Of a stretch of 64,000 nucleotides of DNA, positions 14,964-37,993 are shown piece by piece. Source of the stretch: Dimorphilus gyrociliatus (taxonomy: Eukaryota; Animalia; Annelida); the NCBI GenBank assembly GCA_904063045.1, contig CAJFCJ010000004.1, positions 246,195 through 310,194 on the forward strand, given 5' to 3'. The notes under the pieces were generated by a model. That model saw only the letters and a list, made by a program, of their open reading frames with translations, searched no databases and was not told the DNA's origin. Made by a program: the position numbers and the translations under genes. Each line of letters starts with the position of its first letter. Position 1 is the first letter of the stretch.

Positions 14964-15603
14964 TCATCATGTTTGCCTCAACTACATTTATTAAGTTTTT
15001 ATCTGATTTAGTGTGGCTCTTCTTTAATTCCGAGTTATGAATCACTTAGAAATCATAGAGAAATGCGAATGAATAAAGAAATGGTTATACTCTAAAACGT
15101 TTTTAATTTTTTTTTAGTATTCTCATTCACACACTCTCTCTTTCTCTCTTCCTTTCCTCTGATCTATACACGGCAAAACACTGTTTTATTCAAATTCATT
15201 ACATAATTATTTTATTGTATTGAAAAATGATATTAATAAATAACTCAGAACAAACTGAGTATTAGAGAGAAGAGATTAACGGAAAATAACAAGAAATGCT
15301 TAAATATAATAATAAGTTAGAATTCGAAAGATTAGAACTAAAGAGAAAAAATAAAATGAATTAATACGAGTTAATAAATATAGCAGATATAAGTGCATTA
15401 ATGAATTATTATGTATTGTTAGTATTATTGAACATTACACCTGGAATCATATAATGTTGATTATGGCTTACATCAAATTTTGCAAATTATATGCTTTAAA
15501 CCTCTTTTATATCGAATGATTATGGGAATAAAATCTTTTTTTGCAGAAAAAATAAAATTCAATGATAAATTCCTATGCTTGTCTGTGTTTTTTCTTTTTA
15601 CAC

Positions 15604-18422
<2,819 letters not shown>

Positions 18423-18685
18423 TCATTAACAAATATCCTATTGACAGTGTTAAATTTCCTAATAGATTACATCTTAACAAAACATCTTAACACGTTGAGA
18501 CAAACAAATCCGGTTGAAGCGGAAACGGAAATGCTGTTACGCATTAAAAATTTTTTTTCAGAAAATCGTAAATTAATTAATATAAAATAAATTTTTTGTA
18601 TTCTTTTATAATTTTATAAAACTTTTACGAAAATAAAAAAATGTTGTCTTTGTTTGATCCCGCAAGTTCAATACAACAAAACTAA

Positions 18686-20641
18686 ATGAATTTAACAAAG
18701 GGATCTCTCATCGATATAATACAAGGCACGAAAAAACCAGAAAAACCAATATTACAGATTATTGGTTACAAACTAATACCAGCTGCCAATGGATCTGCAA
18801 GTCGTTATAGAGTAGTTGTTTCTGATGGCCAAATTTCCACTTCTTCTGCAATGCTTGCAACTCAAATCTGTGACAAAGTAGAGAATAATGAAATAACCGA
18901 CAATTGCATTGTCCAGCTAAATAATTATGTATGTAATACTCTTGGATCGTCACAAGGAAATGAAAAAAAAGTCTTGGTTATATTTAGTTTAGACATTATT
19001 CAAACAGGTGAAACTGTGGGATGCATTCTGGGGGATCCTGAGCCCTACAAACTCCCGATGAAGAGACACTCAACAGATCCACAACCAGGACCTAGTGGAG
19101 CTTCTGATGATAATAAACCATCACCGAAAAAAATGCGATCAGAACCAAATTTCATGGAAAATAGAAATATTGCGAAATCGTCTGCATCATCTAGCTCACC
19201 TTTGATAAAATCTTCTCCAGCTAAAGTTATGAATATTGATGCATTACTTCCATTTTTAAATAGATGGCAGATAGTGGCAAGAGTTCTATCAAAGACAAGC
19301 ATAAAAACTTGGAGTAATTCTAAGGGAGAGGGTAAATTTTTTTCATGCGTACTCGGAGACAAGTCAGGTGAAATAAAAGCAACAGGTTTTAGATCAGAAG
19401 TTGACCGATTATTTGATATTCTGGAACAGGACAAATGTTTTTATATATCGAGATGTCAAATTAAAACATCCGATAAACGATACAATAACTTATCTCATGA
19501 TTATGAGCTAGTCTTCCTGTCAGACTCTATTGTAGAACCATGCAATAATGAAGATATTAAGGATCTACCATCCGTTTCGTTTAATTTTGTTAAGCTGTCA
19601 AAGTTAATTACTAAGGAGCCCGATTCAATAATCGATGTTATAGGAATAGTGAAAGAAGCCTCTGATATTTCATCTGTTGTGAGCAGGAAAACCAGCAGAC
19701 AAATTCACAAGAGGACTGTTGTGATAGTTGATGATACTGGGACGTGTTCAACAGTTACATTTTGGCGGGAAGATGCCGAAAAAGATGATTTTAAAGATAA
19801 TCCAATTTTTGCAATAAAATACGTTAAAGTTTCTGATTTTGGAGGAAGATCCTTATCTTGTATAAGTTCTTCACAAATTTTTAAGAATCCAGATATTGCT
19901 GAAGCGCATGATCTCAGAGGATGGTATATCAATTGTTCTGAACAGACTCAGCTTAAAGAGTATAGAGCTGAAAAAGATTTCCAGACGAATGAGTCTTTGA
20001 ATTTAAAGCCATTAAAATTTCTTAAGAGCGGAAATGTTGGTAGAGACAAGGCTGAATATTTCAATAGCATCGTCTTTATCTTACAAGTTAAAATTGACAA
20101 TTCCATTTATAAGGCATGTCCTAAAGAATCGTGTATTAAAAAGTTAATTGACCAAGGAGGTGATAAATATAAATGTGAAAAATGCCAACAAACAACTAAT
20201 CAGTATAAATATCGACTTATGCTGCAAATGAATATTGCAGATGATACTCACCAGATTTGGGTTACAGTATTTCATGACACAGCAGAAGTCATCCTTGGAA
20301 AAACTGTTTCAGAACTAGCCTACTTATACGAAACGGTAGTATATTTTCTAAAGTTAATTTAATATCGCTTAACATTACTTCTAACGTTTTCTAGGATAAA
20401 GTTGCCTATGCAGATGTCTTTTCTGATCTATCTTTTCAACATAAAAACTTAAGACTGAGGTCTAAAATGGAACACTATCATGTAAGATATACTTTCTATA
20501 ATAATACTAAAAAGCTTTAACAAATCATTTATCTTACAGGATGAAGTTAGATTGAAAACAGTTTGCATTGGAGCCAAGCCGGTTGATTACAAGGAACAGA
20601 ATTGGTGTTTAATTAATAATATTGAACAGCTTCTTGAATGA
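18686..20641 (+). CDS. RPA1: Replication protein A 70 kDa subunit (70N, DBD-A/B/C with Zn ribbon); two short 3' introns
   Basis: TWSNSKGEGKFFS, SGEIKAT, VSDFGGRSLS, YKACP..C..CEKC and YRLMLQMNIAD motifs. Confidence 0.93.
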
Positions 20642-21068
20642 ACAACGAGATGTACTGTTTAATGCATGTCTTTTAGTTTTAAATTTTAAAAATTTACTTG
20701 TTTATTTCCAAGATTCGTTTATGAATTAGATATTTTTTTTATCTAAGAAATCTAATATTTAAATTTTTTTCACCCTTTTGGTGACATTATAAAAATTTTG
20801 AGAAACTGATTAGTCAAATGTCTCTTGTTATCTAAAATTTATTAATTTTATTATTTTTAAATTGTGAAATAAAACTTATGAATATAAATATCTATGTGTT
20901 TGGTGAATATTTAAATAAATTTCAAATAGAAATATTTTACTTTTTCCCTTAATATTTATTACTTTACAAAGTCTACAAAATAATTCACAAATTTTTGGGA
21001 TAGTATAGAATATAATAATTTTGAACACAATCAAGTACAGAAAGCCCTTGGTACATTTTTTCTCTGAG

Positions 21069-27974
<6,906 letters not shown>

Positions 27975-28654
27975 TCAAAAATGGGAATTTTTCAACCCTT
28001 ACTTTACAAACAAAGATGGCGGATTTTTTCTCAGACTGGCGATATTAGATACATTTACTTTTATACGCTTCGTGTAACGTTAAGACAAAATAATTAAACA
28101 CACTTTTCTCTTTAGAATGACTTTCAAGTCGACTACTCTTCCTCATAATCAATTAGATCCTATCAACACGATGTACAATCGAATTTTCGAATGTTTCGAA
28201 AGAAATGGAATTGTGAAGCGCCGAAGTAAGGTCAAGGTCACATATACTGGAAAGTCTTAAATCTCTCTTATACTCTTAAAAGAGTATTAAATATTATTAG
28301 AACTTTCGATAACTGGTATTAGTTAGTTTCTATAAATTCAATTACAGGTGCGCTCGGTAATTTTTGAAAGAATAACTTACCGCTGTATAATGAGGTGTAG
28401 CGGTTCATTGCGAAACTTTTCAAATGTGAGGAGCGTTTGTCACTATTTTGAAGAAATGACAATTCAGTTTCGTAAATTGAATTTATTAAAAAGCATTAGT
28501 ATTATCATTAAACTTTTCCTAAATTGAAAATTATTTTAAAGATATTATCCAAACTTTATTCTATTAAAAATCGAAGAAAATATTACTTTTTTTTCATAGA
28601 CATGTGACATCATTACCATATTTTCAAAAACAGTTTAATGAAAAGGAAATAAAA

Positions 28655-29675
28655 ATGAATAATTTCAGTGATTCTTGTCAATCTCCTCCACCAATAACGA
28701 TATGTAGTAGTTCAGAGTCCACATATTCCTATTGCTCTTTAAATGAAGAAAAAAAAGTTATAAGAACCAACCAATCACGTTTTTGTAAAATTGGAAAAGA
28801 GGCAAGGTGAGTGAAAAAACTTCTAAATTTCTAAATTTTTAATTTAATTCATAATTATAATATAACTTTTTATGAAAGAAAATTAGCATATCATAATTGC
28901 CTCATGGATGTCGCACTTATAGTTGAAAATTGGAAAATATATGCTCATAAATTGGTTCTAGCTGCTCATAGCGAAAAATTAGAAAATTTATTTCTAACTG
29001 TTGATAAAAATCCTAAATGTATATCTCTGAATAAGCTTAATGTTACTGCAGATGCTGTTAAGAAAACTGTATCATGGATGTATGGTCATTGTATGAAAGT
29101 GACGCCATCTTGTTGGATAGAAGTAGTTAAAGTTGCAAGACAACTAAAAATTAATGATTTATCATGGAAGTTAGAATCAAAGTTACCCGAGATGCTAAAT
29201 TTATGCGAGGAAGGGTTGGAAAATTTTATTCATAGTGAAGCATTTAAGGTTAAAAAAAAGGATTTCACTTATTATATACTTAACAGCCTTTATGATTTAA
29301 TCTATAACACTAGAGATTATATTGTGTTGATAATTTCAGTTCTATGTAATATGGGGTTTCAGTTATCATTCAATACTCATATTCTTTTTGATTATATTTT
29401 ATAGTAATTACATAGAAAATCTAAAAATCTATATTCTCTTTTATTTTAAGGAACTCTCTTTTGAAGGCGTCAAGTATCTTTTGTCGTCTCCTTTATTAGC
29501 TACGAAAGACAAGGACGTTTTAGCTGCACAGGGAGCTTGCATTTGGGTAAAATCGTGTTTAAGAGAAAGAAAAGATCATTTACGCTGTTTGATTAGCTGT
29601 TTAGAAGTGACTAGAAACTGCTTATATGAAATTTTAACCTACTTCAACTTAGTAAATCAATACGAAGGCAAATAA
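28655..29675 (+). CDS. BTB/POZ (plus partial BACK-like) protein without kelch repeats, about 3 exons
   Basis: MDVALIVENWKIYAHKLVLAAHSEKL is a BTB signature. Exon boundaries are inferred (donor 28807, acceptor about 28878, donor about 29247, acceptor 29450). Confidence 0.7.
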
Positions 29676-30121
29676 GATTTCTAATCTTAAGTAATCACCT
29701 TCTTACCTATTTTTTTAAATCACTACTCCTTTATATTCTTGTATTTACATACATTTTACCTTGAAAAACACATATACATTATAATTAAGTTTTCATTTTC
29801 AACTGCGTTTAAGGCATATACATGCCATTGTTAGTTGACTACTTAATGGATTTTACCACTATCGTAACAGTATTATACAAAGACGACAAAGTTTCTTTAA
29901 AAAATGACTTTTGAACTGAGTTTATCCTATTTTTTATGAAATAAAGTTTAGGAAATTTATTAATTGGCCTACATTTAGTCAACTTTCTTTCCTTCATCCT
30001 CAACAAATTCTTTTTAGAGATTAGGCAAAGTTACCTCAAGTAATAAAACAGACCTTTTATTATCCTAAAATTTCTTATCGGCTTACTATTTATTTCCCAG
30101 AGCTTAGCTTATAAGTTAGAT

Positions 30122-31657
30122 ATGGAAAAAATTGTTAAAATTGGCTATACTATTAAAAATGCCGAAGTGGAGTGTACAATTTGTACAAAGTCTTGGGTTG
30201 ATAATGATCCTCGAATGTTGCCTTGCCAGCATACTTTTTGTTATCACTGTCTAGATGAATTACAGGAAAATTCGATGTCGACAAAAATTCTTCAATGCCC
30301 CGCTTGCAGGGCCAAATATCCTTGGCCAGATGAAGGAACCAGTGGATTTCCCAAGAATAGATTTGCGACTGCCCTCGAAGAGAATACGATATTCTATTGT
30401 TCGAGGCATCCGCTTAACAAGTCGATCGAAAGACCTATTGTCTGCAAAGATTGTAAACAGAAGCGTCTTTGCCTTGAGTGCTTATTAGAACACAGAACTT
30501 GTGATCTGGCATCCCACGATGATCATATAGTGGAACAGACTGCGATTGTCGACAAATATAGCCGCAAGGCTGATGATCTGGAGAAAAGATTTAAAGAAAA
30601 TAGGTCGATTCTTGTGAATCGTGTAGAGGAAGTAACGGCTTCTGTGATTGATATAATACGTCATCAGTCGAATGACATTCTTAAAGATATCGATCAACAT
30701 TTCCGTTTAAATGCTAATCTATTAAAAGCATTTAGGGAATGCTTAAAAAAGGAATTCCTTACTAATGAATTATTAGGCAATCGATTATCAGAAATTTGCA
30801 ACAGATCTATAGAATTCGTAGAATTATTTGATCCAAGCTTTAATACTTCTTATCTAGGCCGAATTAACGTTGCAGAATCGAGATTTACGGCCGTTAAATT
30901 CTGGAAAGAGAAAGAGTTTCAGGCGCAGAGCAATCTTTTAACATATTACAATGATGACTTGTTGGTTGATGTTACATCACATGAAGATAAGGAGAAATAC
31001 GTAATTAAGGACGTTCTCACAGGAACAATTTTACATGAGGAGAAAAACGAAATAATCGACATATTTATAATTCATTCATCGACATTTTATTTCGTATCCA
31101 ATAGCGTAATATCTAAATTTCAATTAGATTCATCTGACAGAGAGATAATTAATGGGTTGATCGACGTTGTTAAGATAACGGGTAATAAGATAAACGATGA
31201 AACAGATATACTAGGAGTTTTATGCGCTGGCGAAGACGATAGCACTCAGCAGACGTTGGCTTTATTAATGGACGATGAAATCAGATGGTTGAGAACCTTA
31301 GAAAGCGGTTTAGAGATTCTTAGTTTCTGTATTTTAAACATCGGTGACTTACTATGTTTAACTAATTCTAAAACAATTGAGAGATATTGTGCAGAGACGG
31401 GAAATCAGCTGCAGCAAACTTCAGAAAATATCAGCCTATTCGGAAATATCTCTAGTTGGTCTTTCGGTGGCTTTTTACTGCTCGAAAAAGAAAGTAACAA
31501 AATAAAGCATTTTAATGATAATTTTATACTAATTTCTACTATTGAGATTGAAGACCTAAACGAAGACGTCGATTACATACAAACATCACTAAATGGTAAA
31601 ATATTGATAGGAGTAAAAGGTAAAGGAAGCATTCTTTATTCATCGTATTCGTACTGA
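30122..31657 (+). CDS. Intronless TRIM-like RING-B-box-coiled-coil E3 ligase with a degenerate beta-rich C-terminal domain (511 aa)
   Basis: C3HC4 RING (CTIC..PCQHTFCYHC..CPAC), B-box2 (CSRH..CKDC..CLEC..H..H), coiled coil, then a beta-strand-rich tail. Confidence 0.88.
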   Translation: MEKIVKIGYTIKNAEVECTICTKSWVDNDPRMLPCQHTFCYHCLDELQENSMSTKILQCPACRAKYPWPDEGTSGFPKNRFATALEENTIFYCSRHPLNKSIERPIVCKDCKQKRLCLECLLEHRTCDLASHDDHIVEQTAIVDKYSRKADDLEKRFKENRSILVNRVEEVTASVIDIIRHQSNDILKDIDQHFRLNANLLKAFRECLKKEFLTNELLGNRLSEICNRSIEFVELFDPSFNTSYLGRINVAESRFTAVKFWKEKEFQAQSNLLTYYNDDLLVDVTSHEDKEKYVIKDVLTGTILHEEKNEIIDIFIIHSSTFYFVSNSVISKFQLDSSDREIINGLIDVVKITGNKINDETDILGVLCAGEDDSTQQTLALLMDDEIRWLRTLESGLEILSFCILNIGDLLCLTNSKTIERYCAETGNQLQQTSENISLFGNISSWSFGGFLLLEKESNKIKHFNDNFILISTIEIEDLNEDVDYIQTSLNGKILIGVKGKGSILYSSYSY

Positions 31658-34043
31658 TGAATAAATTAATATATCGACTAAAAAACTATTGGCAATAATA
31701 ATAATAATTATTATTATTTGCACTAGTATAATCAATAATCAATAATAATCTGGAATGTGATTTATCTTTTCTTTTACTTTTCTTGAATTTCTCTCCCCCA
31801 ATAAAAATTCTAATGTAAGATAAAACTTGTATACAATGGCAATAAAATACAGTGAATATCTAGCTCACTGTTTCTTTTATGAGTATGACACTAGAATATT
31901 TTCAATTGATAATTTACCCTTTGAAGCACTTAATAGCAATTGTATCCAATTTGTGTGCAGGTGTCAAATATATATATAATTGTGAAAAATTAATTATACT
32001 CTTTTTCATTATTTTATCGAGTATGAGAATAGAGTATAACACAATTTTACCCTTGATATAACGACAGAAGGTTGGTCATATAGGAGATTATGAGATAGAT
32101 TATACCTATCGAAGTTAGCGACCTGGAAAAATCTATTTTCAATCTTCTATAAAACTGGAGATGTAATCGTATAAGTATAAAAGTATCTAACACATATTAA
32201 AGTATATAATTTGCATATAAATTAAAGGAATATCAGAGAAAGGGAAAGAGAGTGAGTGAGAGGAGTATCAGTCTGTAGTTTAAGAAAAAGTTTATCTCGG
32301 TGAATAAAGTTGTCCTTGAGAACGATAAGAAAACATCTTCCATCGATAATTATAGAAAGAATAGCAGTCTTTGCATGATACTTAAACATCATTTATCTGA
32401 CATTTATTATCTTTTTTTGAGCAGAATGTTTTGTTCTCAGAAAATTTACACTTTCCTTTATTACTTTTTTTCCCACAAGCCTATTATTACTGTTACAAGT
32501 GTAATATGCTGTTATTTTAAGAGTAAACAACTTTTTAAGTGTTTGTTAAATTTATAATATAATAAGAAAAAAAAAGCAATTTGAAAAGGTCTATTCTCTT
32601 CTCTAGAAACTTAAGTGAAATTGGATTCCAGGACTTCCGTTGAAGTAGCATAAAAAATGAAACAAGATTACGAACTAGACTAACAAAACTTTAATATTCA
32701 TTTTTTTTATTCTACTTATTCTCGATTTAAAACAGTATACACAAATACAATAGGCTAAGATTTAGAAAAAAAATTATCCTATAGTTGGATCAAATTCTTC
32801 AAAAGTTTACTTATCGGATGATGAAAAAGAGGAGCTAAAGATTTTTTATATTTGTTCTGAGTAAATTTTACTAAAAATGTATTTAGCGACCCTTTTTTTA
32901 TAGCCACCCACTCTTTTGAGAATACCATCCTATTTGGTTATGTTTATAGATAATCTGTTGAGGAGGAGTCCCTTACGTAGGAAACTGCTATAAATTGCTG
33001 TTGCTTAGTAACGACATTCTGTGCAAGCACACTTTTTTGAGTTATTTCTTCTAAATATCATATATTAGTATATTTGTTCGAAAGGGAGATAATGCTTCGT
33101 TTTTCTTCCTATAAACTAATTACACCAAGTCAAAGCTTTATTGTTTAATGTCAAATAGCATTTTATAAAAATATTAACCATTTATTTTCTCATACATTCA
33201 AAGTATACTTTATTTCTCTGTCTACAAACGTCAGAGCAAAATGGAAGAAAGACAAACGGACATAAATATGACTTCGAAATTGAAATTTTTGACGTTTGTC
33301 GCGCTTATTTCCGTTTTTAGTTGATTATTGACGGTAATTGCGGATATGCTTTTATAAAATTTTCTATTCATTTTCCATAAGAAATATTCTAGGAAGTTAC
33401 CTTCCAAGAAACTATTTCCGCCTTAAGAAACAAACGAATATAGATATAAACAACCTTTAGACACTAGTAAATTTTAATATAATATCAAAAAATGAAATTT
33501 TCATTACAGACTAATATAAATTTGAAAATTCTTGGAATGAATAATTCTAACAATTGGCTGAAAACTGAAAAAGAAGTCTTGTCAGATCTTAGTAATAATT
33601 TAATCAACCCGCTTTACGGAATATAATATAGGAATAACAAGTAATGAAAAAAAAAATGGTTAATTTACTATTCGTCCTTTCAAGGACATGTCTTAGTAGG
33701 GAAAATGATTTTCACGTAACTGCAGGCATGATCTGTTGGTTACAGATGACTTAAAGAAGTTCTATTTGTAGCTGGAACCTCCTCGAGTAATATCTCAGTA
33801 AATGCCAATAAAATATAGAAAATGATTCAATAATCTCTATTAGTGACGGTTCAGCTAAAAGATTACCTACGGCTTTCATCTATTCTATTATGCATATCAG
33901 ACTTGCACCTATTGAAAAATCTTACATATTGAAAGTGACGTCACTGCTATTGTAAATTCAAGAGTATTTGCATAGCATAATCAGGCACTCAGCCAGCACA
34001 TTTCTTGAACAATCTCTCTTGTATTCTTTAAAAAGAAAAAAAA

Positions 34044-36300
34044 CTAGCACGCACGAACAGTGGCACAAGCCTGGCAAGGAAATTTGTTTTTTGGTATTCT
34101 TTCAATGTTCTCCCATGTACAAGTCACAGGATCGAAACAATCAATAAAGAGTTCGTTATTTAAAATTCCGCTAACGTATAATTTTCCTTCGGATACAGCC
34201 GCTCCCATCCTGTTATAATCATTGGTCATGTCTACCAATCTTTTCATTGTTCTTCTCTTTGGGTTCATCACATAAACAGTTCTATCCCCCTTACAAAAAA
34301 CATAAAATAGTTCGTTTAATCTTAACATCATGATGCATTCAACAATATCAGGTAAAATAAGCTGTTCTTTTTTATATACTACACAGCCGTCTGGTCTTAA
34401 TTCATAACTACCTAACTGACGGCAATAAGAATTGTGTAATGAACCTCCTATTTCAAACAGTATGTCATCGAAGGGAACAACTTGAGAGTTAACACGAGAA
34501 AATTCATTTCGTCCAACTTCAGTCCATTGTTTGGAATTTGGATTATAGCATTCAATAGTCTCACATAAAATCTTGTTATATTCTTCATTATACGTATAAC
34601 CACCTATAATGTAAATATTTCCTTTACAAGCCGTACTTGCATGATTTGATCTTGGTGATCTTGCGTCCGCAATCCTACTCCATTTATGTTCAATGCAATC
34701 GAATCTATGACAGGTGTTGACAATACGAGATTTTGATATCCCACCACTGACATATATACGATTATCTAACACTGATAAACCAAAATCTTTAAGATTTTCA
34801 CCGGATGATCCAATTGAGGCCCATTTGCGCTTCAGCGGGTCGTAAGTGCATAGTTCAGAATTTTGACAAATCATAAGTAATAAATCACGAGCCATTGTCG
34901 AAGGCCTAGCTGGTTTCTTCTCCATCAGCAGTTCTTCAACATAATTCGATTTTAACTGGAAGATCTCGCTATCTTCAGAAATGCGTTCTCTAAACTCTTT
35001 GTCGTTTACATAATTCAATCTGACACATTTTAACAATCTACCAAAATACTGTTCTCTCTTTTCTGAATCATAATTGATCCACTTTATGACGGCTTCGTAA
35101 ACGATCTATGGGAAAGAATAATATAAATATTAGAGATTAAAACTTGTCGGACAGATCGAACAGTTATTTCCCTATTTCATTTCATAAAGGAAATAGAACG
35201 GAATCTGAGAATTGATTTATTATCTGAATTATGGAATATTTAAGTGATATGGCTCCGCTTTCAGTTTTTTCGATATTACGTTTCAAAAAGGTATTAATTT
35301 TTATCAGTGATCGAACGTATTTTTTTGAATAAAATTTTTTTCATTTGTTCTATTTTCGCCTTTGGCTTTGTAATTAGTCCATTTTTCTTTTAAGCCTAGG
35401 ATAATATAATCTTATTTTCTGTAAGAAAATTAAAGATCACCTCCTAAGTACGAAGTAAATAACCTGTCAACGCTTTGACTAAGTCGTTAGGAAAGTTACA
35501 CCTTGTTTATCTACAGCTAACATTTTTACAATAAGCCTATGAAAAGGAAAAGAGTAAGAATAAAATCTGAAGAAAAAACACAATAAAAAAAATTCAGATA
35601 AAAAGAATTTAGAAAATTAACGGAGATTAATTATCGAACAAATTTTCCTACAATACACGATAACTATAGGCTTTCTATTCAATCAATAACAAATTACCTG
35701 CTCCTGAGACACATCCAAGTCATCTGAAGAAATCATTTCGACAACATCTTCAACGTCCAATAATACAAATTCATTATTTTCCAAAACATTTCCAAAGTGA
35801 GACTGGGTAAAGTTTCTAGCAGATTCTTCTAATTGTGAGCAGTTATAAAATTTTGCGAGTTTTAACACGCCTATGCAATTTGACTCGTCCAAGTGGTCTT
35901 TCAAGATTTCACATGCTCCTTCCACAATTTTTGGATAATCAAAGAAATGAGCTGTGGATAAAATTTCTTCTGCATTCGATTCATTAATCTCTATTCTTCC
36001 AGTATATGCGTAGTCAATAATTTTATTCATGATTTCCGCACACATTTCGTTGAATGTAATTTTTGTTTCTGTGCTCTCCCTCAGATTTGATGAAAACATT
36101 GTTCGAAAATAAGGAGATGAAACAGCTAATACATTCTTGTGGCATTTATATTCATTATTGCCGACACAAATAATGCAATCGGCTAATATACCTTCACTTC
36201 GAAAAGCATTTAATTTATCTAAGAATTCGAATCCGTAATCCCGATTAGCGATTACAACTTCGGAACCTTCAAAAGCTTTCTTTTGGTAATGATTAGGCAT
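34044..36300 (-). CDS. Kelch-like BTB-BACK-kelch protein, 2 exons
   Basis: BTB (ADCIIC..CHKNVLAVSSPYFRTMF), BACK (NCIGVL..), kelch repeats (YVSGG, YIIGG, IECYNPNSKQW). Intron about 35108-35697. Confidence 0.9.
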
Positions 36301-36635
36301 TTTTTATAAACTGAAATAGAAAGTTAACAGTTTGTAGTTTCATTTATAAACGAAAAGAAGGAGAAAATATTTACCTATTGGCCAGTTACTGAAGATATTG
36401 CGCAAACTGGATCGAGTGCAACCATATTGAATTAATCTGAGAATAACCCCCTAGCTATAATGACGTCACAAGCGAATCGCCATTGAATTAAAACGCCATC
36501 TGCCGCGTAAAGAAAATACCAGCATCTATCACATTAAAAATGAAAATTCTAAAAAAGTGGTCTTTTTGAAAATGTCACTCATTCATTAAATTGAAATTCA
36601 ACAGTGTTATTATTTATTCAAAAAAAATTATCAAT

Positions 36636-37545
36636 TCAATTGCTCTTTTTGATTCCATTGTGCCCATTTTGAACATGTCCATTTGCTTCACTTTTATAAA
36701 AAAACACTCCACTCTTTCTATAATTTTTCCACATTTTCGAATATTTTCGATAGCTAAATATGCAAATTTGTATCCAGAATATCCAACTAATTGAATACAT
36801 AGTTGTACCTCCAATTCGTCCAAATATATCTGGCTTTGGATGGAGATAATAACAATATAATAAATAAGATCCCATGCCGATTCTAATTCCTCCAAAGGTG
36901 AGTATAAATAATAAGTTGTTTATTTCTGCCACAAAGGATTTATCCATTTTAGTGTGTTTGAAAAAATATCGAAGCTGCAGCAGAGGATTAGTAATTTCTG
37001 ATCCTAGAATAGTTGCGACCATCTCTGTTCCTTGAGTACATCTGCAAACAACGACAAGGTTTCCAATAATGCTTAAAAGATGATGAAGCATCATAAACCA
37101 AGCGCTTGGTGTATTTATCATCATCCATATCAAATCGAAAAGGAAGTAAGATATAACTATTGAGCAAGACACATGTTGCAGAACTGTACTAGGACCACCT
37201 GGATCGGTGAATGGCCATGGACCTGTTAGAGAAACAAAGAATTATTGAATCGTGTGCTAATTGTACATAATACTGTTATAGTTAAAACTCTGAATATATA
37301 CATATTGACTGCACCATTCTTTTGCCTAAATGATAGGAGTACAAGTAAGATAAATAAATCATACCTTCAATAAAGACAGAGTAACCGGTCAAGCAGCATA
37401 TGAGAACAGCGTGAAAAAGTGTGACCATACGACAGTGCCATTCAATGGGTTTGTCTGTCTGCAGCTTTTTCAAATTTTTATATAAGATTGTCCAGAAAAT
37501 GGTCGAACCCAGAATAATAATAGAGGTAACCGGCAAAGAAACCAT
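36636..37545 (-). CDS. TLCD5: TLC domain-containing protein 5 (TMEM136-like), 2 exons
   Basis: EWHCRMVTLFH, GPWPFTDPGGPST, YFLFDL, MMLHHLLS and GSEITNPLLQLRYF match TMEM136. Confidence 0.9.
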
Positions 37546-37993
37546 TTTTCTTAAGCCTAGGTTCAATTTTTTTTTTAAATATCCTTAATAAACTTAACAA
37601 GATTCTTTTCCTGCATAAACTTTAGCTAAACTACATAAATCATTTTATTTTTCTGACAATGAACCACTTCCATATAAATGTTTACCCGCCGTCATAGGGA
37701 TGGTGCCCTTAAACGGGTAGCTCTAAATTTTATCGTTCTGTCACCACCTGGCGGACAAAAAAATAAGAATTTTCAAAATCTACAGATGACTATTTTGCCA
37801 ATCGGGGTTCATGCTTTATTTTACTAAGTTTTTAAGACTTTCACATGATTTTTTGAGTTAAATTCTCCTTGATTCTTGCTAAAATAAAAATCAAAAAATA
37901 CAAAAAAGATAATTTACTGATTTCTACTCAAGAAGAATACATTTTTGAAATCAATAACATTGGAATTAATCGATTTCCGTAGCGTTCCTTAAA

